NCBI GenBank assembly: GCA_965237805.1
Contig: OZ250153.1
Location: 1,568,001-1,632,000, forward strand
Direction of reading: 5' to 3'
Source of the DNA: Gammaproteobacteria bacterium
GTDB taxonomy: Bacteria; Pseudomonadota; Gammaproteobacteria; JABABF01
Length of the DNA: 64,000 nucleotides
Shown here: positions 8,088-16,804 of the stretch, in pieces
Position numbering within the stretch: position 1 is the first letter of the stretch
Layout of the letters: the number at the start of each line of letters is the position of its first letter
The notes under the pieces: generated by a model
The model's database searches: none
The model's input: the letters and a program-made list of their open reading frames with translations, nothing else
What the model was told of the DNA's origin: nothing
Position numbers and translations under genes: made by a program

Positions 8088-10991
8088 ATGCCACGCCATT
8101 CCCCATCCCACCATACCGCCTCCACGCCGCATTTCCCGCTGCACAGTTTTTGGGCGCTCTACGCCGTCTCTGTCGCTGGCTTGGCCTGGTCGATCCAGCT
8201 GGGGGTCGCGCCGCTCGGCGCGGTGTTGGGAAGTGCTGTCCGCGGCCTCAGTCTGCCAGTGTTTGCGCTCGCCGCCGCAGCGCTGGGCGCTTGGCTGTCG
8301 TCGATCCAAGCGCGTCGTGGCGGCGCGGCCTTGTTGGGGGCGATGGCGGTGCTGGCGCTGTCGGCGCTGTGGCTAGTTTTTGTAGTCGTGGCTGTGCGGG
8401 GGGATGTTGGCGCTGCGGTCAAGCACGGTGCTAGCTGGTGGTGGTATGCACTGGCGCTGACGGCGATCCCTGCCGCACTGTGTGGTGTGTTCGCAGCCCT
8501 ATTCGCGGCTGGCTTGCGTCGCCATTGTGGGATTGCGCCGAGCCTGTTGGTGGCGCGGATGTTGCTGTTGGGCAGCGGTGCTGCCGCGCTCGGCCTGCTG
8601 ATCTCGGTGCTGCCGTCCTCGGGGCGCTTCGACAGCAACCGCTTGCCGGCGATCGCCGGCCTCGTCCTAGGGGCTTGTGCGGTGTTCGGCTACGCCCTAT
8701 TTCGCCGCTTCTCTCCGCTCGGCAGTCGCCGTCCCGGCGCAGCGATGCCAGCACTTGCCATGCTGCCGTCCCGTATTGCACTGCCGCTCGCCGGGGTCGC
8801 CGCCGGCGCAGCGCTCGGCGCTTGGCACGACTTGGCGCTGGCTTGGGATGCCTGGTACGATGCCAGTCTATGGTTGGCCATTTGTTGCCTGTTGGCACTG
8901 GCTGCCGGTGTTGGCAGCGGGTTGCGCCGAGGCGGGGCGTGGCCGCCATCGGGGTGGCTGCTGTGGGCCGCTGCGCTCGCGGTGGCCACCCCTTGGTTGC
9001 TGAGTGCAGTCGCCCTGCTCGGCGATACCATCGCTCTCGGTGCATCCCAGTCCGATATCGCACCAGCCTACGGCGGCTACCGCGCCTTGGCTGGGCTCTG
9101 CTCGGTGCTGCTGGCGGTGCCGATGGCGGCGCTGGGGGCGGTGTTGCCGGGGCTACTCGGCGGCGCAGTGCAGCGCGTCGGACACGATGGCGGTTGGGGT
9201 ACCGCCCTCGCGACGCTTTTGTTGGGTAGCGCTGTTGGCATCGCTTGGAGCCAAGGCTATCTGCTCCCCGCTTGGGGTCCGGCCGCCGGACTGTTGCCAG
9301 CCGTCGTACTGCTGAGCTACGCCGCCGTCCTCAAGCCGCTGTCTCAGCGCTTCGGCAGCTGTCTGGCAGCCTGCGCTACGGTAGTTGTGGTGCTGGTGCT
9401 GGTGCTGGGCGTGGTGGTGGCTCCGTCACCATCGGCGCAGCTGGCCGAGCGGCGCGCGCAGCGCCTCGGTGACGGGGCGCAGTTGCTGTGGCAGCGTCGC
9501 GGCCATGCCGGCGAGACGCGCCTCTACCGCTATCCTGAGCTGAGCTTGCGCGCGCTGTTTGTCGGTGGGCGGCAGCGGGCGGTGACGCGTGATGGCCGCG
9601 CCCTCGAATTGCCGTTGGCGGCGGCGCTGGGCCTGCTGTCGGCACCGGCTGCACGCCGTGTGCTGGCCATCGGCGCGGAGCTCAACGCCGCCACTGTGTT
9701 GGCTTCTCGCGAGCTGTTGCAACTCGATCTCCTAGTGCCAGACGACATCGCTTTAGAGGCTGTGCGGGAACTGGGTGCGCCGCTGGACCGCCTGGTGTTG
9801 GATCCGAGGGTGTTCTCGCACAATATTCCGCCGCGCCGATTTTTGCTGGCTCAGGGGCACCGCTACCCGTTGATCTTGTCCGCAGAGTACGGTGACGGGG
9901 GTCGCTACACTCAAGCTTTCTACCGTCTGGTGCACGCTCGCCTCAAGGATGGCGGTATCTTCGTCCAACGCTTGCCGCCCTTGGGAATGACGGCTTTTGT
10001 CGCCGTCTACAAGGCGCTGAACTTCGCTTTTACCGACCTGTCGCTGTTTGTTGGCGGCGGCGGCCTAGTAGTGGTAGCGCGGCGCGGCGGGACTTTGCCC
10101 CCGCTCCCCTCGCAGCTGTGGCAACACCCGTCCACGGCAGCTTTTTTTGCCCGTCATGGCTTGGCGCATGCCAACGATGTGCAGCTCAGGTTTATCGGTA
10201 ACCGTCTGTGGTTGAACAGCTACTACCCGGTGCTCTCAGTGCCCAGCGCACAGGACCGGCTACGCTTCGTGTCGCGTCACTTGGCGCGGGCGCGATTTGC
10301 TGGTGCCCCATCGCCAGAACAGCGCCAGTTTCTGGCTCTGCGTGGCAGTGATGGCATCTCGCTGAGCGCGGTGCTCAGCCAGCGACCGCTGCATTCCTCA
10401 ACGCAGACACCAAGCGTAGCCAGCGACCCGCCGGATCTCTATTTGGCTGCGAGAGCGCGCGCTTTGGCAGAGGCGTTGGCGCAAGGTGATATCGCCGCTA
10501 TCCCCACTGTCGCCGCGCTGAGCCGCCCCTGCGCTGCGGGCGCACCGCTGTGCGGCGACGATTGGCCGCCACTGATTCGTCACCAGCTCTTGCCCCTGTT
10601 GCCGTGGTTGAGCGATGCCGAAGCCATCCGCTTGGGCGCGGCCTTAGGGCGTTGGCGCAAGGGACGCGAGCTCGGTGCTGTTGGCGAGGCCGAGCACCAG
10701 CTATTGCTGGCGCTGTGTCGCCGCGATTGGGAGCAGGTGGGCGACTTGGCCGAGGCGATGTTGCCACCGCCCGATGTGGCGCTCTCCACTGCAGCTCAGC
10801 GCCGCCACGCCCGCACTGCGCTGTTGGCCCACTTCCTCGAACTCGAGCTGCAGTCGGTACTACGCCTCGCGAATAGGCTGGGTGCAGATGGCCGCCAGCT
10901 GCCCTTTGCGGTCTATTTCGCCATCGCCTCGACGCAGGGGCAGCTCGAGATTTTCAAGCGGATACGCATCGGTGCCACGAGCGAGCAATAG
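8088..10991 (+). CDS. Multi-TM membrane protein fused to a degenerate spermidine-synthase-like methyltransferase fold
   Basis: Many hydrophobic helices in the N-terminal half, then RRVLAIG, DPRV, RRFL, YPLILS and YTQAFYRLVHARLKDGGIFVQ, all typical of fused MFS/spermidine synthases. Confidence 0.7.
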   Translation: MPRHSPSHHTASTPHFPLHSFWALYAVSVAGLAWSIQLGVAPLGAVLGSAVRGLSLPVFALAAAALGAWLSSIQARRGGAALLGAMAVLALSALWLVFVVVAVRGDVGAAVKHGASWWWYALALTAIPAALCGVFAALFAAGLRRHCGIAPSLLVARMLLLGSGAAALGLLISVLPSSGRFDSNRLPAIAGLVLGACAVFGYALFRRFSPLGSRRPGAAMPALAMLPSRIALPLAGVAAGAALGAWHDLALAWDAWYDASLWLAICCLLALAAGVGSGLRRGGAWPPSGWLLWAAALAVATPWLLSAVALLGDTIALGASQSDIAPAYGGYRALAGLCSVLLAVPMAALGAVLPGLLGGAVQRVGHDGGWGTALATLLLGSAVGIAWSQGYLLPAWGPAAGLLPAVVLLSYAAVLKPLSQRFGSCLAACATVVVVLVLVLGVVVAPSPSAQLAERRAQRLGDGAQLLWQRRGHAGETRLYRYPELSLRALFVGGRQRAVTRDGRALELPLAAALGLLSAPAARRVLAIGAELNAATVLASRELLQLDLLVPDDIALEAVRELGAPLDRLVLDPRVFSHNIPPRRFLLAQGHRYPLILSAEYGDGGRYTQAFYRLVHARLKDGGIFVQRLPPLGMTAFVAVYKALNFAFTDLSLFVGGGGLVVVARRGGTLPPLPSQLWQHPSTAAFFARHGLAHANDVQLRFIGNRLWLNSYYPVLSVPSAQDRLRFVSRHLARARFAGAPSPEQRQFLALRGSDGISLSAVLSQRPLHSSTQTPSVASDPPDLYLAARARALAEALAQGDIAAIPTVAALSRPCAAGAPLCGDDWPPLIRHQLLPLLPWLSDAEAIRLGAALGRWRKGRELGAVGEAEHQLLLALCRRDWEQVGDLAEAMLPPPDVALSTAAQRRHARTALLAHFLELELQSVLRLANRLGADGRQLPFAVYFAIASTQGQLEIFKRIRIGATSEQ

Positions 10992-11111
10992 CCGACGGCG
11001 TCGGCGAGCTGTTGCGCCCGTTATTTGTGTTGGTGTTAGGCTACAGCTACTTTTGGAGCGCAGGGATGGCGTGTATAGTACCGTCACGATGGCTGGGGAC
11101 AGAGCGAGCAG

Positions 11112-12335
11112 ATGACTAGACAAAAACGCGAGATACGCTATGGCGGTGCCATGATGGGGCAGGCCGAGATCGATGCCGTGACGGCGGTGATGCGCCGCGA
11201 GCACGGCCTTGTCGTCGGCGAGCATGTCGCCCGCTTCGAGCAGCGCGTTGCTGCCTTGATGGGCAAGCGCTATGGTGCGATGGTCAATTCTGGCAGCTCC
11301 GCCCTGATGGTTGCGTTGCGCCTGCTCGATCTGAAGCCGGGCGATGAAGTCATCACCCCAGCGCTGACTTTCAGCTCCGATATTGCCGCCATTGTCCATA
11401 CTGGTGGGGTGCCAGTACTGGCCGATGTCGAGCCCGACACTTACCAGATTGACCCTGGCCGCATCGAGCCTCTGATCACCGCCAAGACCCGCGCTCTGTT
11501 GGTGCCGGATCTGATCGGCGGCATGCCGGACTGGGATCTGCTACGCGACATCGCCGATCGCCACAAACTGATCTTGGTCGAGGACAGCGCCGATACCCTC
11601 GGCGGCACTTTTCGCGGCCAGCCGAGCGGAGCTCGCGCCGACATCGGCATCACCAGCTTCTCTATCTTTCACATCATGACCTGCTTGGGCAATGGTGGCA
11701 TGGTCTGCGTCGACGACGAGGCCGAGTGGGATCGCTCGTTGATGTTGCGCGCTTGGGGGCGCTCCTCAGAGAAGTATCTGTTCGGCAGCCTGCAGCAGGA
11801 CAGCGACGGACGCTTTTTCGAAGATCTGGACGGCTTGCCCTACGACGGGATGTTCATCTTCGAGGAGCTGGCCTACGGCTTTATCCCCAACGAGGCCGGT
11901 GCTGCCTTTGGCTTGGCTCAACTCGATCAGCTGGCGCACTTCGCCGAGCTGCGCGATCGCAACTTCCAAGCACACCAAAAGTTTTTGCAACAATATGACG
12001 ATCTCTTCCTGCGCCCGCGGATCCTCGATGATGTCGTCACCACTTGGATCTGCTATCCGTTGCAGCTGCGAGCCGAAGTGGGTTGGGACCGCCGTGAGTT
12101 GCAAGTGCATCTGGAGGACGCTGGTATCTTTACTCGCGTCATTTTCTCCGGCAACATCGCCCGCCAGCCGATGATGCGCGGTGTCGATTTCCGTGCCGAC
12201 CCGCAGGGCCTGCCCGGTGCCGACCAAGTGATGGAGCACGGGCTGATGCTGCCCTGCCATCCGACGATGGACGAAGACGACTGCGGCTATCTCTACGAGG
12301 TGCTGGAGGAGTTCATCGCCGCCCGCCGCAGCTGA
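11112..12335 (+). CDS. DegT/DnrJ/EryC1/StrS family enzyme, RfbH(DdhC)/ColD-like 3-dehydratase type
   Basis: VNSGSSAL, LKPGDEVITPALTF, VEDSADTLG, SFSIFHIMT.LGNGG (His at the usual Lys position), SLMLRAWGR, TRVIFSGNIARQP. Confidence 0.85.
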   Translation: MTRQKREIRYGGAMMGQAEIDAVTAVMRREHGLVVGEHVARFEQRVAALMGKRYGAMVNSGSSALMVALRLLDLKPGDEVITPALTFSSDIAAIVHTGGVPVLADVEPDTYQIDPGRIEPLITAKTRALLVPDLIGGMPDWDLLRDIADRHKLILVEDSADTLGGTFRGQPSGARADIGITSFSIFHIMTCLGNGGMVCVDDEAEWDRSLMLRAWGRSSEKYLFGSLQQDSDGRFFEDLDGLPYDGMFIFEELAYGFIPNEAGAAFGLAQLDQLAHFAELRDRNFQAHQKFLQQYDDLFLRPRILDDVVTTWICYPLQLRAEVGWDRRELQVHLEDAGIFTRVIFSGNIARQPMMRGVDFRADPQGLPGADQVMEHGLMLPCHPTMDEDDCGYLYEVLEEFIAARRS

Positions 12336-12350
12336 GTTGTCGCGACGGCT

Positions 12351-13175
12351 GTGCCGCGCCGCGGAACTTCGCCCGCACTCGCCAGCTCGCCGCTAGGGCG
12401 CGAAGCGGCTACAGCGCAGCGCTACGACCCCGCCCAGCTATGCTCCTTGCCGCGCTCGGCGAGGGGCGGGGTGGGCTTCGATCTGTGGCGTGCGTGGGAG
12501 CTCTCTTGGCTCGATTCGAGCAATCGCCCACAGCTGGTGCGCGGGGCCTTTTGGGTGCCTGCCGATTCGCCGCGTCTGCTCGAATCAAAGTCCGTCAAGC
12601 TCTACCTCAACTCGTTCAACCAGCATCGTTTGGCGAGCCGTTCCACCCTCGTCGAGCTGTTGCGAGCTGATCTCTCCGCTGCCGTCGGCGCACCGGTGCG
12701 GGTGGCGCTGGCCCCGCCCGACAGTGAGTGCGCGCCGTGGGGCACTCCACCACCGGTCGGGCGCTGCTTGGATCGCGCCGCCGGTGACTTTGCCGTGCGC
12801 CGTGCACCACGAGCGCAGCTGCTCGCCATCGTCCCCGGACGCTGGCGGCGCGAGGCTCTGCACAGCTGGTTGTTTCGCTCTCTGTGTCCGGTGACTGGCC
12901 AGCCGGATTGGGCGCTGATCTGCCTGCGCTACGAAGGCCCGGCGCTGGATGCGGCCGGGCTACTGTCCTATTTGGTGTCCTATCGCCGCCACCGCGCCTT
13001 CCACGAGTATTGCGTGGCGCGTATCCGCGATGACATCGTCCGTCGCTGCCGCCCGCAACGGCTGGAGGTGGCGGCTCTTTTCCATCGCCGTGGTGGCCTC
13101 GACATCAATCCCGTGCGCTATTTGCCGGGCACGCCACCGGGACAGCTGCGCCGGCATCTGCTGGCCCCCGCCTGA
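12351..13175 (+). CDS. queF: NADPH-dependent preQ0 reductase, bimodular QueF
   Basis: DLWRAWELSWL, ESKSVKLYLNSFN, SLCPVTGQPDW, FHE.CV, RRGGLDINP. Confidence 0.95.
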   Translation: MPRRGTSPALASSPLGREAATAQRYDPAQLCSLPRSARGGVGFDLWRAWELSWLDSSNRPQLVRGAFWVPADSPRLLESKSVKLYLNSFNQHRLASRSTLVELLRADLSAAVGAPVRVALAPPDSECAPWGTPPPVGRCLDRAAGDFAVRRAPRAQLLAIVPGRWRREALHSWLFRSLCPVTGQPDWALICLRYEGPALDAAGLLSYLVSYRRHRAFHEYCVARIRDDIVRRCRPQRLEVAALFHRRGGLDINPVRYLPGTPPGQLRRHLLAPA

Positions 13176-13237
13176 GGCCAACTGGTTTATAATTTGCCAT
13201 TGCAGCGCGGCACGACACAATCGCATGCTGGCTTTCC

Positions 13238-14737
13238 ATGCTGTCTAAAGATGCCATCCGCGACATCGCGCTAACTTTTGACGATGTCCTGATCCTGCCC
13301 GCTGCCTCGGATATCTTGCCCGCTGAGGCGCAGCTCGGCACCCGCCTTGCGGCCGACTTCGAGCTCGGCATTCCCTTGCTGTCGGCGGCCATGGACACGG
13401 TCACCGAATCGCAACAGGCCATCGCCATGGCACAGCACGGCGGCATCGGAGTCATCCATCGCAACCTCTCGGTAGAGCGCCAAGCCGAGGAGGTGCGGCG
13501 GGTCAAAAAATACGAGAGCGCCATCGTCCGCGACCCGGTCGCCGTGGCACCGGGTGACTCCCTCGACCACTTGCTGCAATTGCAGCACCGCTTGGGCATT
13601 TCGAGCATGCCGGTACTGGATTCCGGGCGCTTGGTCGGCATCGTGACCAGCCGCGATCTGCGGCTGTGCCACGAAGGCAACCGCCGCCCCGACCGTGTCG
13701 TCGACATCATGACCAGCAAGTTGATCACTGCGCCGGAAGGCACTGGCTTCTCTGCGGTGCAAGCGCTGATGCACGAGCATCGTGTCGAGAAAATCCTGCT
13801 GGTCGACCCTGCCGAGCCGACGCGGTTGTGCGGTTTGATCACCAGCCGCGACTTGGAAAAAGCGCAGCGCTATCCCAATGCTTGCAAGGATCGCGAGGGT
13901 CATCTGCGGGTCGCTGCCGCCGTCGGTGTCGGCCCGGACAGCGCGGAGCGCGTCGCGGCCTTGGTGGCGGCCGGCAGCGACGCACTGGTGGTTGACACCG
14001 CCCACGGTCATGCCTCGCGGGTGATCGCACGGCTGCGCGAGCTGCGTACTGCGCACCCAGATCTGTGCCTGATCGGCGGCAACATTGCCACTGCCGAGGC
14101 GGCTTTGGCGCTGGCCGAGACCGGCGTCAACGCGGTCAAAGTCGGCATCGGCCCCGGCTCGATCTGCACGACCCGCGTTGTGACTGGTGTCGGCGTGCCG
14201 CAGATCACCGCCTTGGCCTTGGTGCGCGAGGCTCTGGCTGGGCGTGGCATCGGCATCATCGCCGACGGCGGCATACGTCATTCCGGCGATGCCGCCAAGG
14301 CCATCGCCGCTGGCGCGGATGCTGTCATGCTGGGCAATCTCTTGGCCGGCACCACCGAATCGCCGGGTCAAGTGGAACTCTACGAGGGGCGCAGCTACAA
14401 GGCCTATCGCGGCATGGGCTCGGCGGCGGCGATGGGGGAGTACGGCGGCGACCGCTATTTCCAATTCCAAGACGAGGGCGCGGGGGCGTGCGGCGACAGC
14501 GACAAGCTGGTGCCGGAGGGCGTCGAGGGGCGGGTGCCGTTTCGTGGCCCGGTGGCGGGGGTGCTGCAGCAATTTTTAGGTGGGTTGCGCGCTTGCATGG
14601 GCTATACCGGCTGCCCGACTATCACCGAGCTGCGCGATCGCACGCAGTTCATTCGCATTAGCAATGCCGCTTGGATTGAGGGTCATGTCCACGATGTCAG
14701 CGTCACCCGCGAGGCCGTCAACTATCCCCGCAGCTGA
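13238..14737 (+). CDS. guaB: IMP dehydrogenase
   Basis: [20 protein letters not shown] pair, [35 protein letters not shown]. Confidence 0.98.
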   Translation: MLSKDAIRDIALTFDDVLILPAASDILPAEAQLGTRLAADFELGIPLLSAAMDTVTESQQAIAMAQHGGIGVIHRNLSVERQAEEVRRVKKYESAIVRDPVAVAPGDSLDHLLQLQHRLGISSMPVLDSGRLVGIVTSRDLRLCHEGNRRPDRVVDIMTSKLITAPEGTGFSAVQALMHEHRVEKILLVDPAEPTRLCGLITSRDLEKAQRYPNACKDREGHLRVAAAVGVGPDSAERVAALVAAGSDALVVDTAHGHASRVIARLRELRTAHPDLCLIGGNIATAEAALALAETGVNAVKVGIGPGSICTTRVVTGVGVPQITALALVREALAGRGIGIIADGGIRHSGDAAKAIAAGADAVMLGNLLAGTTESPGQVELYEGRSYKAYRGMGSAAAMGEYGGDRYFQFQDEGAGACGDSDKLVPEGVEGRVPFRGPVAGVLQQFLGGLRACMGYTGCPTITELRDRTQFIRISNAAWIEGHVHDVSVTREAVNYPRS

Positions 14738-16298
14738 AGCCGATGCCTTGCTGGTGGTCGATTTCGGCTCCCAGTATTCGCAGCTGATCGCCCGTCGGGT
14801 GCGCGCGGCGGGGGTTTATTGCGAGCTGTGCGCAGCGCAGGCACTCGATGACGATATCCTGCGCCGCCTGGCACCGCGCGGAGTGATCCTCTCCGGCGGC
14901 CCGGACACAGTGCTCTCCGCCACAGCGCTGTCGGTGCCGGTGGAGCTGTTCGCATTGGGGGTGCCAGTGCTGGGCATCTGCTACGGCATGCAGGCGATGG
15001 CGGTGCATTTTGGCGGTCGCGTCGAACGGGCCAGCGCTGCCAGCGAGTTTGGCCGCGCCGACGCGCACTTGGTCGGTGACGGTGGCGATCTGCTGGGCGG
15101 CTTGGAGGACGATACCGACGACCGCCAGTGCTGGGAGCTGTGGATGAGTCACGGCGATATGGTCGCCGAGTTGCCGCCGGGCTTCGCTGTCTCCGCTGCC
15201 ACCGACGCGGTGGCTATCGCGGCCATGCACGATCCAGTGCGGCGTTGCTATGGCCTCCAATTCCACCCCGAAGTGACGCATACGCCGCGCGGTGCGGCCA
15301 TCATCGCCAGCTTTGCCCACCAGATCTGCGGTTGCGCGGGGCACTGGACGGCGCGCAACATCGTCGCCCAAGAGCTGGCTGCCGTGCGGCGGCAGGTCAG
15401 CGATTCTCCAGTGTTGCTGGCGCTGTCGGGCGGCGTCGACTCGGCGGTGGCGGCGGTGCTGTTGCGGCGCGCCATCGGTGACCAGCTGCACTGCATTTTT
15501 GTCGACAACGGGCTGCTGAGGGCGGCTGAGGCCGAGCAGGTTCGCGCCATGGCGCGGCAGCTGCTCGGCGATTCCCTGATTTTCGTCGACGCTGCTGAGG
15601 AATTCCTCGGCGCGTTGGCCGGTATCACCGACCCCGAAAGCAAGCGCCGCGTCATCGGCGGCAAGTTCATCGAGGTCTTCGAACGCGAGGCGCAGAGCTT
15701 GGGCGCGGTCGATTTCCTCGCCCAAGGCACGATCTATCCGGATGTGATCGAGTCCGCCTCCTCCTCGGCATCGGCGCGGCTGATCAAATCGCACCACAAT
15801 GTTGGTGGCCTGCCAGAGCGCATGCGGATGCGCTTGGTCGAGCCTCTGCGCCGCCTGTTCAAGGACGAGGTGCGCCGAGTCGGTGCCGAGCTCGGCCTGC
15901 CAGCGGCGCAGCTCAGTCGCCACCCCTTCCCCGGGCCGGGCTTGGCAGTGCGCATTTTGGGCGAGATCACACCGGCGGCTCTGGCGACGCTACGCGTTGC
16001 CGATGCCATCTTTCTCGAGGAGTTGCGCCGCCGCCGCTGGTATCGCCGCGTCGCGCAGGCCTTCGCTGTCTTCCTGCCGGTGCGCTCGGTGGGGGTCACT
16101 GGCGATGCGCGCCGCTACGAGCCGGTCATCGCCTTGCGGGCGGTGGAGACCGACGATTTCATGACAGCGCGCTGGGCGCGCTTGCCGCCAGCACTGTTGG
16201 CGGCGGTGGCCGAGCGCATCGTCAACCAGCTGCCGGGGGTCTCGCGCGTGGTCTACGACATCACGAGCAAGCCACCGGCCACGGTGGAATGGGAGTAG
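14694..16298 (+). CDS. guaA: GMP synthase (glutamine-hydrolysing)
   Basis: DFGSQYSQLIARRVR, GICYGMQ, QFHPEV, LSGGVDS, IKSHHNVGGLP, HPFPGPGL, SKPPATVEWE. The start is uncertain (ATG 14685 or 14694, overlapping the end of guaB). Confidence 0.97.
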   Translation: MSASPARPSTIPAAEADALLVVDFGSQYSQLIARRVRAAGVYCELCAAQALDDDILRRLAPRGVILSGGPDTVLSATALSVPVELFALGVPVLGICYGMQAMAVHFGGRVERASAASEFGRADAHLVGDGGDLLGGLEDDTDDRQCWELWMSHGDMVAELPPGFAVSAATDAVAIAAMHDPVRRCYGLQFHPEVTHTPRGAAIIASFAHQICGCAGHWTARNIVAQELAAVRRQVSDSPVLLALSGGVDSAVAAVLLRRAIGDQLHCIFVDNGLLRAAEAEQVRAMARQLLGDSLIFVDAAEEFLGALAGITDPESKRRVIGGKFIEVFEREAQSLGAVDFLAQGTIYPDVIESASSSASARLIKSHHNVGGLPERMRMRLVEPLRRLFKDEVRRVGAELGLPAAQLSRHPFPGPGLAVRILGEITPAALATLRVADAIFLEELRRRRWYRRVAQAFAVFLPVRSVGVTGDARRYEPVIALRAVETDDFMTARWARLPPALLAAVAERIVNQLPGVSRVVYDITSKPPATVEWE

Positions 16299-16801
16299 TG
16301 GGAGCCGCCCCCGGTCGCGCCGACGATCCCGCGACCCAGCTGTTTGAGGATCGCCGCTGGATGCGCTGCGCGCTGGATTTGGCGCGGCGCGGCGCGGCGG
16401 CGGGCGAGGTGCCGGTCGGCGCGGTGTTGGTGCGCGATGGCCAATTGCTGGGCAGCGGCTGGAATCAGCCGTGCACAGCGCGCGACCCCAGCGCACATGC
16501 CGAGATCGTCGCGCTGCGTGCGGCAGCGCTGGCGGTGGGCAATTACCGTCTGCCGGGCAGTGTGCTATTTGTCAGCGTCGAACCTTGTGCCATGTGCGCT
16601 GGCGCTCTGCTCCATGCCCGCGTGTCGCGTTTGGTCTTCGCCGCCTTCGAGCCCAAGGCTGGCGCAGTGCACAGTCGCTTGCACTTGCTCGACGAGGCGC
16701 ATCTGAACCATCGCGTTGCTTGGTGCGGCGGTGTGCTGGCGACGCAGAGTAGCGCCCTGCTGCGGGATTTCTTCGCCGCCCGGCGCGGGAGTGGCAGCTA
16801 G
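16298..16801 (+). CDS. tadA: tRNA adenosine(34) deaminase
   Basis: GEVPVGAVLV, DPSAHAEI, NYRL, EPCAMCAGA, LNHR, FFAARR. GTG overlaps the guaA stop. Confidence 0.95.
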   Translation: MGAAPGRADDPATQLFEDRRWMRCALDLARRGAAAGEVPVGAVLVRDGQLLGSGWNQPCTARDPSAHAEIVALRAAALAVGNYRLPGSVLFVSVEPCAMCAGALLHARVSRLVFAAFEPKAGAVHSRLHLLDEAHLNHRVAWCGGVLATQSSALLRDFFAARRGSGS

Positions 16802-16804
16802 GGT

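Noticed and set aside
13271-15923. Long antisense ORFs opposite guaB and guaA (433 and 401 aa), and similar ones opposite other genes
   Set aside because: Typical high-GC antisense shadows of well-conserved genes, with no recognisable motifs.
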